A stretch of DNA of 64,000 nt from Sedimentisphaerales bacterium (GCA_963663965.2 CAXXFK010000042.1:96001-160000), one strand, 5' to 3'. Counted from the first letter of the stretch, positions 10,060 through 20,402 are shown. A program made the numbers and translations. Notes: generated from the sequence alone by a model not told the origin.

Positions 10060-10118
10060 AAAGTGACTGATTGGTCACTTTGATAATGACTATATAGTCA
10101 TTTCTGACCATTTAGTCA
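10060..10118. promoter_or_regulatory. Three tandem TGAC-N6-GTCA palindromes, probable TetR operators
   Basis: aaagTGACtgattgGTCActtt (10060-10081), aaTGACtatataGTCAtt (10085-10102) and TGACcatttaGTCA (10105-10118), directly upstream of tetR. Confidence 0.8.
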
Positions 10119-10267
10119 ACTGGCTTTAATTGATTTTTTTAAAATTTATTGTAAATAATTGCTAGAGCAGGTTTCCTGGTCAAATTAATCCATATAATCA
10201 TCATGGATATAATTGTAAGAGGGTGTATTGGTAGGCCCAAAACAGTGTCTTAGATTCCCATCGACGC

Positions 10268-10313
10268 AAAAAAATAAACCGCTTATTCAATCTGATGAAA
10301 AAAGCGGTTTATT
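10268..10313 (-). terminator. Terminator after the yeeE/yedE pair
   Basis: AATAAACCGCTT...AAGCGGTTTATT hairpin followed by a T-run on the minus strand. Confidence 0.65.
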
Positions 10314-10418
10314 GATATAACCTTTTATATATTATAATGTTATGATTATCTTGCTGTTTTTGTCAAAATTCAGGATAAAAGCAAGATATTCTTATTGATT
10401 CTGGTTCAACTTTGATAT

Positions 10419-10952
10419 TCAAGTTTTGCGAGATTCCAATCGGGCTATAGTAAACAGTAAGGCGATGATGCCTGTTACAAAGATTGTTATAACAATCCAA
10501 TGGTTAATGTTTAATAATTCGGGGATGGTTTTGTTGCCCAGATTGCCCCATGCCAGGAGATTGGATTTCAGCATAGGATAGATTTCGGCATAAATGGCAG
10601 CGCCAGTGAGCATCCCTAATACTCCCCATAAGGCATGCCAGCGACCTTCGCCGATGGCGCCGACGGCAGTACCGGGACAATAGCCCATGATGGCCCAGCC
10701 GATACCAAACAGGATTCCGCCTATTGCCTGGGCGCTTACTACTGTTGATTTCAGGTCTAACTCAATCAGACCCATGTCTTTCAGAAGGTAAATGCCTATG
10801 ACACCGACAGCAATGGCTGAAAACATGAATTTAATGATGGTCATATCTTTTAACAGCAGAAAGCCTACCTGTTTTTCAAAACGCAATACCTGGGCTTTTT
10901 GTAAGAGAAATCCAAAGATAACGCCGGTGATCAGTCCAATTATGAGTTCCAT
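10419..10952 (-). CDS. YeeE/YedE family (thiosulfate/sulfur-compound transporter) subunit
   Basis: GxxFGFLLQK; GGILFGIGWAIMGYCPG; multiple TM helices. Confidence 0.88.
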   Translation of the reverse strand: MELIIGLITGVIFGFLLQKAQVLRFEKQVGFLLLKDMTIIKFMFSAIAVGVIGIYLLKDMGLIELDLKSTVVSAQAIGGILFGIGWAIMGYCPGTAVGAIGEGRWHALWGVLGMLTGAAIYAEIYPMLKSNLLAWGNLGNKTIPELLNINHWIVITIFVTGIIALLFTIARLESRKT

Positions 10953-10954
10953 AA

Positions 10955-11494
10955 TTATTTACCTCCATTATAGATGAGTTTGGCTGTAATCATTCCACCT
11001 GCCATAAAACCACCCATGGCGATCAGGCCGCTTAAGGCTAATTGCATCATGCCGCTCATACCGTGGCCGCTGGGGCAGCCACCGGCCATTCTGACACCAA
11101 TAATGGCAATTATTCCGCCGATAAACGCTCCGATGGCTCTTAGCGCCACTTTATTCTTAAAACGATCCTGCCAGATGGGGGGGACGAGTTCGTTTTTAAA
11201 CTGGCCGCCTAGTGTCGATGAGATTAAAGAACCAACAAAAATACCGGCTACCAGCATCATCTGCCAGTCGATTTTGATTTTGGTCTTCTGGAAATAGTCA
11301 TTCTGGGCCACATGGTTCGGGGTGATCTGCTGTTCGATCAGGCCGGTTATCCGTACGAAGGTTGTGGAAGTGCCCAGATAGTGGCCTTTGTTCAATACTT
11401 TAGTTGTTATCAGTACCGACAGGATGGCCAGTAAACCTGCTAACATACCGGTCAGGTAAGGGTTCCAGGCTTTATTTTGATTTGCTTTGTCCAT
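10955..11494 (-). CDS. YeeE/YedE family subunit
   Basis: WNPYLTG; GVRMAGGCPSGHG motif; TM helices. Confidence 0.88.
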   Translation of the reverse strand: MDKANQNKAWNPYLTGMLAGLLAILSVLITTKVLNKGHYLGTSTTFVRITGLIEQQITPNHVAQNDYFQKTKIKIDWQMMLVAGIFVGSLISSTLGGQFKNELVPPIWQDRFKNKVALRAIGAFIGGIIAIIGVRMAGGCPSGHGMSGMMQLALSGLIAMGGFMAGGMITAKLIYNGGK

Positions 11495-11556
11495 GGGTTG
11501 TGCTCCTTTAATTGTTATATTAACAAGAAAAACACTAATCTATTGTTGATTGTTAT

Positions 11557-11573
11557 TGCATTTAGTGTGCCAA
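11557..11573 (-). promoter_or_regulatory. Sigma-54 (-24/-12) promoter for the yeeE/yedE pair
   Basis: Minus strand TTGGCACactaaATGCA, exact GG-N10-GC spacing, about 60 nt upstream of the start. Confidence 0.65.
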
Positions 11574-11753
11574 ATTCAATGATTAAGTTGAATAAAAATA
11601 TAAACGCCTTAAAATCAGCATTTTATATTTTTTTAGCCTATGATCTTAACTGGTGTATGCGCAAACTATGATTAATGCAGGTGGATAAAGGTGTAAACCT
11701 GAGAATTAAATATGCAATTGTATTGTGGTTGACAAATTTCTGGGTGGTACTTT

Positions 11754-11797
11754 TGGTGTAATATATATTTGACACCATGTAATATGTGTGTTACTAT
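11754..11797 (+). promoter_or_regulatory. Sigma-70 promoter overlapped by palindromic operators
   Basis: TTGACA (11769-74), 17 nt, TACTAT (11792-97); inverted repeat TGGTGT...ACACCA (11754-77) and GTAA-N8-TTAC. Confidence 0.7.
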
Positions 11798-11841
11798 AAA
11801 AATAGTGATACTCAAAATGTTCTATGACGGGAGGCTAAGCC

Positions 11842-12279
11842 ATGAAACAGAAACAGGAAGAACTAATCAGTTTGGCGGTTTGTGGGTTGTTTCCGATGAT
11901 TGTTGGTTTTTCGATTATTGTTACGATCTGTTATGACGGGGTGGGATTCAAGGCCGGAATTATGATGCTAAGCTGGCTGGCTGCGAGTGCTTTTATCTGG
12001 GTTGTGCCTGATATTTTGCATAAAATGGGTTTAAAAAAAGAGGTATTGCGTGATGAACGTGATGCTCAGATTCATAAAACGGCTGCCCTGATGGCTCATG
12101 TGGTGGTCTGGATTGGTCTGTTGGGCGCCAGTTTGCTGATCTGGGGCCGGGTGGGCAATGGTGGTTCTGTGCCGATTGAGGTATTGATGTTTTTGTGTGT
12201 TGGCGGTGTGATGCTGTTTCAGGTGGCTTTGGTGATTTTCAGCATGGTTCTGGAGGAAAGAGGATTGAGGCATGGCTGA
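11842..12279 (+). CDS. Four-TM membrane protein (DUF2178-like, DER motif)
   Basis: Hydrophobic helices flanking RDERDAQI; overlaps the downstream HTH gene. Confidence 0.65.
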   Translation: MKQKQEELISLAVCGLFPMIVGFSIIVTICYDGVGFKAGIMMLSWLAASAFIWVVPDILHKMGLKKEVLRDERDAQIHKTAALMAHVVVWIGLLGASLLIWGRVGNGGSVPIEVLMFLCVGGVMLFQVALVIFSMVLEERGLRHG

Positions 12280-12487
12280 AAGTAAATTGCGTAATCATAT
12301 CAGGCGGTTGCGTTTTGAGCATAATGAGATGACTCAGCTTCAGTTGGCTGAACAGGTCGGGGTTACGCGTCAGACGATTATTGCGATTGAGGCGGATCGC
12401 TATTCGCCTTCGCTGGTGCTGGCATTTAAAATCGCGCGGTTTTTTCATCGACCGGTGGATGAGGTTTTTGAATATATAGACGATTAA
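12272..12487 (+). CDS. XRE-family HTH regulator
   Basis: MTQLQLAEQVGVTRQTIIAIEADRYSPSLVLAFKIA. Confidence 0.93.
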   Translation: MAESKLRNHIRRLRFEHNEMTQLQLAEQVGVTRQTIIAIEADRYSPSLVLAFKIARFFHRPVDEVFEYIDD

Positions 12488-12682
12488 TGGGTTGGTGGGG
12501 GGTGAGTTGCCGGGCGGGGCAATTTTGCGTAAAAGTGTGGCATTACGAAAGTTAGTTGACTGAAGGTATGGGATTTCTTATAATCCTAACCTTTGTGTAA
12601 GAAAGATAATTTACTATAGCGGCGACAGGTGGCTGGGGTGGTCCAACGGGATTCGTCGCAAGGTGTTGAGAATATATAGCTT

Positions 12683-13732
12683 ATGATAAATTCACAGACA
12701 GTGAAAGCGCTTGCCGAGCATGTGGGCGGCATCGTGGAGGGGGATGGTGACCTGTTAATCCGGGGGGCGTCAACTTTGAGTGAGGCCGGGCCGGATGAAA
12801 TTTCGTTTCTGGCCAATCCCAAATACGAAAAAGAGTTACAGACCACAAAGGCGGCTGTTATTGTGGTTAATGAGAAAATTCCGAATTATGGCCGGACAGT
12901 GATCCGGTGTAAGGATCCTTATTACGCGTTTATGCAATGTGTGGTATTGATTCATGGGCATCGGGAACATGAAAAGATCGGGGTCAGTGAACGGGCGAGC
13001 ATCGATTCATCGGCTCAAATCGGCGAGGGGGTGGATATCCATGATTTTACGGTGGTGTCGGCGGATGTGACAATTGGCGATCAGACCTGTATCTATTCCA
13101 ATTGCACGATCGGGCCGGGAACGAAGATCGGGAAAGAGTGTATTATCTATCCGAATGTAACGATTTACGATGGGTGTTCGATCGGGGACCGGTGTATTAT
13201 TCATTCCGGGACAGTGATCGGTCAGGATGGGTTTGGGTTCGCGACGCATGACGGTGTTCATCATAAGATCCCGCAGATTGGCGGGGTAGTGATCGAGGAT
13301 GATGTCGAGATCGGGGCAAATTGCGCGATTGACCGGGGGACGCTGGGGGATACGGTGATCGGTAAAGGGACGAAGATGAGCAACCTGATCGCGATCGGGC
13401 ATAATACCCGGATCGGGGCGCATTGTTTGCTGGTGGCCCAGGTCGGGATCGCCGGGAGTGTGAGTGTGGGGAACTATTGTGTGTTTGGCGGGCAGGTAGG
13501 CGTGGTGGGTCATATCAAGATTGGTGACCGGGTGAAGATCGGGGCGCAGTCGGGCGTGACGAATAATCTGGATGATGGTCAGATGGTGATGGGATCGCCG
13601 GCCTGGCCGATGAACGAGGCGAAGCGGTCGATGATGATGATGAAAAGCCTGCCGGATATCCGCAAGAAACTCAAGGATCTGGATCGATCGTTGCGGCAAT
13701 ATATTGGCGAGAGTGAAGACGAGACTGAATAA
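12683..13732 (+). CDS. lpxD: UDP-3-O-(3-hydroxyacyl)glucosamine N-acyltransferase
   Basis: ISFLANPKY; hexapeptide repeats; [25 protein letters not shown]. Confidence 0.96.
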   Translation: MINSQTVKALAEHVGGIVEGDGDLLIRGASTLSEAGPDEISFLANPKYEKELQTTKAAVIVVNEKIPNYGRTVIRCKDPYYAFMQCVVLIHGHREHEKIGVSERASIDSSAQIGEGVDIHDFTVVSADVTIGDQTCIYSNCTIGPGTKIGKECIIYPNVTIYDGCSIGDRCIIHSGTVIGQDGFGFATHDGVHHKIPQIGGVVIEDDVEIGANCAIDRGTLGDTVIGKGTKMSNLIAIGHNTRIGAHCLLVAQVGIAGSVSVGNYCVFGGQVGVVGHIKIGDRVKIGAQSGVTNNLDDGQMVMGSPAWPMNEAKRSMMMMKSLPDIRKKLKDLDRSLRQYIGESEDETE

Positions 13733-13805
13733 GGGGCGTGGCCGCGGTGATGATATCGAGTGACATGAGATCAAAGATAAAAACCATTTTGGACCCATTA
13801 CCGGG

Positions 13806-14669
13806 TTGAGTATGCAGCGGGTGGAACAGGATAACCGACCGGTATTTGGATTGATCGCGGGGCAGGGGCGGTTGCCGTTTCTGGTGGCGCGTGGGGCGCG
13901 GGATGCGGGGTACCGGGTGGTGTGTGTGGGGTTTCGGGATCAGGCTGAGCCGGAGTTGATGGAGGCGGTGGACCGGTTTTACTGGGTGTCGCTGGCGCGG
14001 CCGGGGGGGTGGATCCGGAAGTTGACCAAGGAGGGGGTACGGGATACGATTATGGTGGGACGGGTGGCGAAGAAGCGGATTTATACGCCGTTTCGGCTGT
14101 TGACGTATTTGCCGGACTGGCGGGCGATTCGGGTGTGGTATGGGCGGCTGAGCCAGAAAGATAAGCGAGATGATACGTTATTGAAGGCGCTGGCGGATGA
14201 ACTGGCCAGCGGAGGTGTTATTTTGAACGATTCGACGCAGTTTTGTAAGGACCAGATGGCGACTGAGGGAGTGATGACCCGGACGCAGCCGGGTAAGGGG
14301 GTGGCGGGTGATATCGAGTTCGGGTGGGAGATTGTCAAGCGGCTGAGCGATCTGGATGTGGGGCAGGCGATCGCAGTGAAGGAAAAGGATATTATCGCGG
14401 TGGAGGCGATTGAAGGGACGGACCGGATGATCGAGCGGGCGGGCGAGTTGTGCCGGGCGGGGGGCTGGACGCTGATCAAGACGGCGCGGTCGGATCAGGA
14501 TATGCGGTTCGATGTGCCGACGATCGGGGTTGGGACGATCGAGAAGCTGCATCGGTGCAAGGCGACGTGTGTGGTGGTGGAGGCGGGCAAGACGATTATG
14601 ATCGACAAGGAAGAGACGCTGGCGCTGGCGGACCGGTATAAGATTGCGGTGGTGGGGCATCGGGTTTGA
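13806..14669 (+). CDS. lpxI: UDP-2,3-diacylglucosamine diphosphatase LpxI (DUF1009)
   Basis: GLIAGQGRLP, DVGQAI, AVEAIEGTD, QDMRFDVPTIG; follows lpxD. Confidence 0.92.
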   Translation: MSMQRVEQDNRPVFGLIAGQGRLPFLVARGARDAGYRVVCVGFRDQAEPELMEAVDRFYWVSLARPGGWIRKLTKEGVRDTIMVGRVAKKRIYTPFRLLTYLPDWRAIRVWYGRLSQKDKRDDTLLKALADELASGGVILNDSTQFCKDQMATEGVMTRTQPGKGVAGDIEFGWEIVKRLSDLDVGQAIAVKEKDIIAVEAIEGTDRMIERAGELCRAGGWTLIKTARSDQDMRFDVPTIGVGTIEKLHRCKATCVVVEAGKTIMIDKEETLALADRYKIAVVGHRV

Positions 14670-15194
14670 GGCTGGAGAGGCAGTGAGGGGCTGGAATTGT
14701 AAGGGTTGATGGGGTAATCAGGCAGGGGAATCCGGGCCGGTCGGAATAAGGTATCACCTGGGAACTGCTATGGGATCGGTTTGTTTACACTTTGCTGAAC
14801 AGGCGATGGTAAGGTCTTGGATTTCAATGAGATGGATGATAAGGTTAGGGGAATTGGCTTCGTTTAGATTGGGGTGGCGGTAGTCAAGAGGGGGGTAGCA
14901 GGTAGAGAGAAGCAAGCAGGCAGGTAGCAAGCAGGGAGGAAGTAAAGAATCAGGAAGAGGACTGGAATGGGGGGCGAATAATGGTCGTTGGGTTCGTTTG
15001 GAACATGTTGTTATATAAGAGGTTAAGGTTGATTTTGCGGATGTTGGATTGGGCGGGCAAGGTTTGTTGTGGGCGGCCCAGATATAGTTGAAGGCTTTTG
15101 GGATTGACCGAATGGGTGGCCGGGGGTAATATGCTGGGCGGTTTGAAAGTTTTAAAGATTACTTAGATGGCGAATTTGAAAGGAGTATCCGGTT

Positions 15195-15985
15195 ATGGCT
15201 ATTGCGGTATCGATGGTGATGTTTGATGGGCCGGTCAAACTGGCGGTTGGCAAGATTACACAATACTTGAATGAGATCTGGGCTGACCTGCCGAAAGTTG
15301 GCGGGGCGCAGGAGCATGATAATATGGTGGCGTTTCAGCTGGGGGAGGCGGACGTGGCGCTGGGAGTGATCGCGGCGCCGATGCCGTGGGATGAGTTGGA
15401 GAGTGTGTGTGAGATGAGTCCGTTGTGGCCGGGGGCGGCTGAGGTGTTGAAGGAACACCGGGAGCATGTGATTGTGACGGTGCGGGGTGAGCTGGATCCG
15501 GTTGAGTTGTCGGGATTGCTGACGCAGGTGACGGCGGCGGTGATGGCGAGTTCGGAGGCGGCGCTGGGGGTGTACTGGGGAAATGCTTCGATGGTGGTTC
15601 CGAAGGATATGTTTATCGAATTTGCGGTGGATATTCTGCCGCAGGGGCCGCCGCTGTTTGTGTGGGTGAACTTTCAGGCGGGGCCGATGGAGGAGGAGGG
15701 GGTCAGCGGCGGATTTACAACGGGACTGGAGGCGCTGGGGCTGATGGAGTTGGAGACGGAGAACGCGACGGAGTCGCCGGGGAAATGAAGGAGCGGCTGG
15801 TGGACCTGGCGGGGTACCTGGTGGAAAACGGGCCGGTGATTGGCGATGGCGATACGGTGGGGCGCGATGAGGATGAGAAGATACGGGTGGTGTACGCGGA
15901 ATCGGCGTTTGGCAAGGAGGGGGAGGTGATGCGGCTGGAGTATGGCGATGGGGAGGAGAAGAAGGCGTGGTGGAAGTTCTGGTGA
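15195..15985 (+). pseudogene. DUF4261-like protein split by a frameshift at the G4 run 15779-15782
   Basis: Frame 1 ends ...TESPGK*; one extra G gives ...ESPGEMKERL...YLVENGPVIGDGDTVG...KKAWWKFW. Confidence 0.7.
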
Positions 15986-16545
15986 GGGGGGGCAAGCCGC
16001 GACCAAAGAAGAAATTTCACACGAAGCCGCCAAGCCACAAAGGGAAACGGCCAGACTGGTTGAGTTGGAGTTGGAAAGTGGAATACGAATTTTCTCTGGG
16101 CGATTAGATTTGACCGCAACTCCCTAAAAGCTTCAAGAGATCAAGATTTGAACCACGAAGCCGTCCTCCTGAGGCGGATCTTCGACCTTCGGCTACACGA
16201 AGAGCGCCTGCGGCGCTACACGAAGGGCCGGGGGCCTGGTTGAGGAATTGATTCGGATTGAAACTTTGAACAGAAAAAAGGACCATTTACTATGTAATGA
16301 ATAAAACTTATAATACATGTTCTTTGAAACGACGCGAAAAACAAGAGTATGAAGGATAGCATTACGAATTAGTACTAAATAAAACAGGGATTAATGGATG
16401 TCTGATTTGACTACCCTGTGATGATTATAAAGATTATTAATATTAAGAATTATGATCTGATGGAGAGGGATTGATTTCACAGGTATACAAGATTGAATAT
16501 AACCATATTGGTAATAAATTAACTATTTCAATAATGAATCTTTAA

Positions 16546-18924
16546 GTGAATATGCCATTATTAAGATATAATTTGGATATGCTGGGATGGTATGAGTTTG
16601 AACATTTATGCCAAACTCTACTCAAACATAAATTAAGTTTAGGAATTGAAGCTTGGGGAGGAACAAATGATTATGGACGAGATGCGTATTATACTGGAGA
16701 ATTAAAGTATCCAGGAAATGAAATCCAAAAGGGCCCATTTCTTTTTCAATGTAAGTTTATAAACGGAGCTAATTCTGCCTCAGCTAAGATTGAAAAACCT
16801 ATTTTAAATGCAGTTAAAAAGGAATGCCAACAAATTACAGATCGTCTAACAAGCAATAAATGGACAATTATTCCAACAGTGTATACTTTTTTGACGAATG
16901 CTGTTTTATCTTCAACTCTTAGAGAAAAAATAAAATCTCAAATAAAAGCAGTTTTACCAAATTCTGATATTGTCTTACTAGGTGGAAATGATATTTGTGG
17001 GTTCATTGATTTGACATCTGGCATAGCACGAAAATTTCCACAGATATTATCTCTTAATGATTTAGATATATTACTTGAACAATGTGTTAACCGGGACATA
17101 TTAAATAGGAGTGAGGCTGCAATAGAAGAAGCAAAAGAGATTAGCAAAGTATTTGTACCTACAGAAGCTTATTCGAAAGCCATTAAAACATTAAGAGAGC
17201 ATTTTTATGTAGTTCTTGAAGGACCACCTGAAGTTGGGAAAACTGCGATAGGAAGGATGATAGCGTTGTCATACTTACCAGAAGGATGGGAAGTAATCGA
17301 ATGCCAAGCTCCGAATGATTTCCTAAAAATATATAACAGGACACAAAAACAAATATTTATCACTGATGATTCTTTTGGTCGGACGGAATATAATCCTGAG
17401 AGGGTAAGGCTATGGCAAGATGATTTACCTGCAATTCTAAGAAAGGTCAATAAGGACCATTTACTTATAATGACCAGTCGAAAACATCTTTTGGAAATGG
17501 CAAAAGAAAAGCTTGATATTCCTGGATCTCATGAAGACTTTCCAAAGCTTTCAGAAGTGTTAATAGATGTATCACAGTTAATAAAAATTGAGAAGACTTT
17601 AATGCTTTATAAACATATGAAACAAGTTAAATTACCTGAAGATATCAAAGGTGTTGTTCGAGTATTTGCTGAAAAAGTTATTATGCATTCAGGATTCACG
17701 CCAGAACGGATTAGAGTACTCTCAAACAAAGTCAAAGCTGAAAAATTTTCTATTCAGCTAATCGATAATATTTTGAGAAATCCAACAGATAGAATGAGTA
17801 AAACATATCGAGAGTTGCCCGTAGCGTATAAATGGTTTATGGTATCTGTATTAATTAATCAATCAAATTATTATTCAGCACAATACCAAAACACGAAAAG
17901 GTCTTATGAAAAATTGTGCCCATTAGAAGAATTAGTAGATTTTGAAAAAATAATTGCACAGTTATCTGAAGCTTTCATAAAACTTAAAGAATACATTGGA
18001 AGCAATAAGCCTCAAATAGATTGGGTGCATCCGAGTTGTGGCGATATGGTTTCTAAAGAATTATCTTCATGTGCTATAGATCGAAAGCAATTTCTAGAAT
18101 TTTGCGGAGAGTCTGGACTAATGTTTGCAGTTTCAGTTGGTGGTGGAGATGTTGGACAGAGAGTATTGCCTTTATTAATAAGTTCGAAAGACTGGGAAAT
18201 ATTTGAGAAACGATGTCTAGCTTGTTATAATACAAATCTTCTAAATCGCATTTATGATTCGGTTCAACAATTATCCAAAACCCCAAACCATTATAAAGAT
18301 AAAGCAAAGCTTGAAATATTATTAAAAAAATCCTTGATAACAACAATAATACATATCAATGATAATGGAAGCATGTACAATAATCATATAAATATTTTTA
18401 GAATTGTTAAGCAATATTCAAATGAAAAACTGCCTCCTATAAATTATTATGAAGCGTGGTTAAGTGTGGCTGATTCTGCAATTGGGATTTTAAATGACGA
18501 TTATAAGGAATGGCATAAATGGGGTGACATAGACCATTTTATTTCTTTAACCAAAGTCATTTTAGAATATGATCCAACGTGTTTTGAAACGAATAATATG
18601 CGGGATAAATGGCAGGAATTTATAGCCACCTTGATCAAGCGAGGATTAGAAGTTTCTAATTATCAAATGTTTGAAGATGATCATGAAATGGTACAAGAGT
18701 TGTTTGAATGTTATGATGAGAGTAGTAAGCTTTTTAAAGATATATCTGCAATGATAGAAAGTGATGATGTTAAAGAACAGTGTAAAACTATTAGCAATAA
18801 TTTTAATTGTTTAATGGATGATATATCAGAATATTTACCATACGAAGGCGATGTTGGTAGTGATGAGAGTAGGGCATATTATGATAATGATTTTAGTGTG
18901 CAAAGTATTTTTAGAGACTTGTAA
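16546..18924 (+). CDS. Mrr-like restriction endonuclease fused to a STAND (nSTAND3-like) NTPase; putative defence protein
   Basis: N-term EFEHLC...DYGRD...FQCK; Walker A GPPEVGKT; Walker B IFITDDSFG; LIMTSR; AT-rich. Confidence 0.75.
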   Translation: MNMPLLRYNLDMLGWYEFEHLCQTLLKHKLSLGIEAWGGTNDYGRDAYYTGELKYPGNEIQKGPFLFQCKFINGANSASAKIEKPILNAVKKECQQITDRLTSNKWTIIPTVYTFLTNAVLSSTLREKIKSQIKAVLPNSDIVLLGGNDICGFIDLTSGIARKFPQILSLNDLDILLEQCVNRDILNRSEAAIEEAKEISKVFVPTEAYSKAIKTLREHFYVVLEGPPEVGKTAIGRMIALSYLPEGWEVIECQAPNDFLKIYNRTQKQIFITDDSFGRTEYNPERVRLWQDDLPAILRKVNKDHLLIMTSRKHLLEMAKEKLDIPGSHEDFPKLSEVLIDVSQLIKIEKTLMLYKHMKQVKLPEDIKGVVRVFAEKVIMHSGFTPERIRVLSNKVKAEKFSIQLIDNILRNPTDRMSKTYRELPVAYKWFMVSVLINQSNYYSAQYQNTKRSYEKLCPLEELVDFEKIIAQLSEAFIKLKEYIGSNKPQIDWVHPSCGDMVSKELSSCAIDRKQFLEFCGESGLMFAVSVGGGDVGQRVLPLLISSKDWEIFEKRCLACYNTNLLNRIYDSVQQLSKTPNHYKDKAKLEILLKKSLITTIIHINDNGSMYNNHINIFRIVKQYSNEKLPPINYYEAWLSVADSAIGILNDDYKEWHKWGDIDHFISLTKVILEYDPTCFETNNMRDKWQEFIATLIKRGLEVSNYQMFEDDHEMVQELFECYDESSKLFKDISAMIESDDVKEQCKTISNNFNCLMDDISEYLPYEGDVGSDESRAYYDNDFSVQSIFRDL

Positions 18925-19103
18925 GATTTTTTGCATTTAGCATTGTGAGCTAAAATGTAGTTCTTTCATTTATTGAAAATAAGGGAAGATATTCCGATTA
19001 GGCCCAGAAGAACCCGGATTTTGCTTTGCTCAAAATGGACCAACAAGTTTGCCCATTCTCTTCTATCGGCTAGCACATTAATTATTGTTGTGGGATATTT
19101 GGT

Positions 19104-20114
19104 ATGAAATCAGGTAATGATAAAGTTCGCAAGATATTTATATCAAGTCAGGATTTAGGAAACTGGGATGTGATTAAGTTTTTGGAATCGCTTCATTCGT
19201 TGGGGATGATTTATGAATATGCAGATGATTATTGTGCAAATATTCAATCGGTCATAGCAAGGAATGATATTTTTGTTGCGGTCATATCTGAGGCTTATAT
19301 TCGTTCTAAAGCAATGGCAGAGCAAGTGCAATATGCTGTTCAGTTATGGGAGGAATACAAACGGCCGTTGCTTTTTATATTTAGGATAGATAAAACACCT
19401 TTATTTCATGATTTTGGGGTTTTAACGCATACAGCCCAGGAATTGCCAATGAAGCCCGGAAGAGCCGCCGCAAAACTACTGGTTGCAAAGGGGAAGAAAC
19501 CAATAGAAATACTTAAATCGGGGATAGATGCGCCTGACTTTCAAGAATATATGGAAATACTTTCACGCGAGATGGGATTGGCAAGATTTACAAATCATGT
19601 CGAGTCTTCCACGGTATTGCGTATTTTATTTAGGCCGACATTTGATCCAGAATGCGTGGTTGAAATAAGATGGAATGAACAAAATGTGATAATGGTTTTA
19701 ATTTCGATGCAAACGAATGTCGAGCAGTGGGAATGTTATGTGCGTCAAAGCCGATCAGGAAAATGGCATCCACTAAAGCCTGCCCCCGATCCACCAGAGT
19801 TATGGAAAGAAGAAATTGTTTTACCCCATGATGTATTATTTGAATTGAAGTGGATGATCATTGATTCAACCTGGAGAGAGGCAATGAATGCTCAAGCTTC
19901 ATCAAGAACTAATTCTATTTGTGATGGGATGGGGATGGATATCGATATGTATAGCGGGGGGAAAGTCAACTCAATATTTTATAATTGTCCAGATCTCGGC
20001 ACGCCGATTCATACATTCGTTAGTCATGTTTTAATATTAGCAAAATCAGAATTCATATTGCCGAAAAGTAAGGCTTTGATTGAAAAATTATTGAGGTATA
20101 CCGTATGGGAATGA
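19104..20114 (+). CDS. TIR-like N-terminal domain plus unknown C-terminal domain
   Basis: KIFISS and DIFVAVISEAYIRS pattern typical of TIR_2. Confidence 0.55.
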   Translation: MKSGNDKVRKIFISSQDLGNWDVIKFLESLHSLGMIYEYADDYCANIQSVIARNDIFVAVISEAYIRSKAMAEQVQYAVQLWEEYKRPLLFIFRIDKTPLFHDFGVLTHTAQELPMKPGRAAAKLLVAKGKKPIEILKSGIDAPDFQEYMEILSREMGLARFTNHVESSTVLRILFRPTFDPECVVEIRWNEQNVIMVLISMQTNVEQWECYVRQSRSGKWHPLKPAPDPPELWKEEIVLPHDVLFELKWMIIDSTWREAMNAQASSRTNSICDGMGMDIDMYSGGKVNSIFYNCPDLGTPIHTFVSHVLILAKSEFILPKSKALIEKLLRYTVWE

Positions 20115-20327
20115 AAATTCCTGGTCGCTCGAAAGGCAACATTTTACTTGTCAACTATTTGTTTCCCGGCGAAACGGGAAAATTCAAATGTAAAGAGTAA
20201 ATTTTTGAGAAAGTGAATGATTTTAGAGTTGATTTCTATTCCAAGTGATTCTGATCTGATCAGCATGGGCAAACAAGTTTGCCCATCTTCTTTTCGTTTT
20301 GTGATAAAATGATAACGGGTGTTTTTT

Positions 20328-20402
20328 CACGCTGAAGCGTGGGCTCCGTACATTGGTTTGGGGTTGGGAGAGAGACGCGAGGCGTTGCGTCTTTACGTGG
20401 GG
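20328..20402. repeat. REP-like palindrome cluster, copy 1
   Basis: CACGCtgaaGCGTG (20328-41) and a 41-bp unit ggttgggagAGAGACGCGAggcgTTGCGTCTTTACgtgggg (20362-20402). Confidence 0.7.

Noticed and set aside
13007..16119. Long antisense ORFs (13007-13798, 14178-14660, 15159-15995 and others)
   Set aside because: Shadow frames caused by the G/T-biased codons of real plus-strand genes; His/Pro/Arg-rich with no motifs
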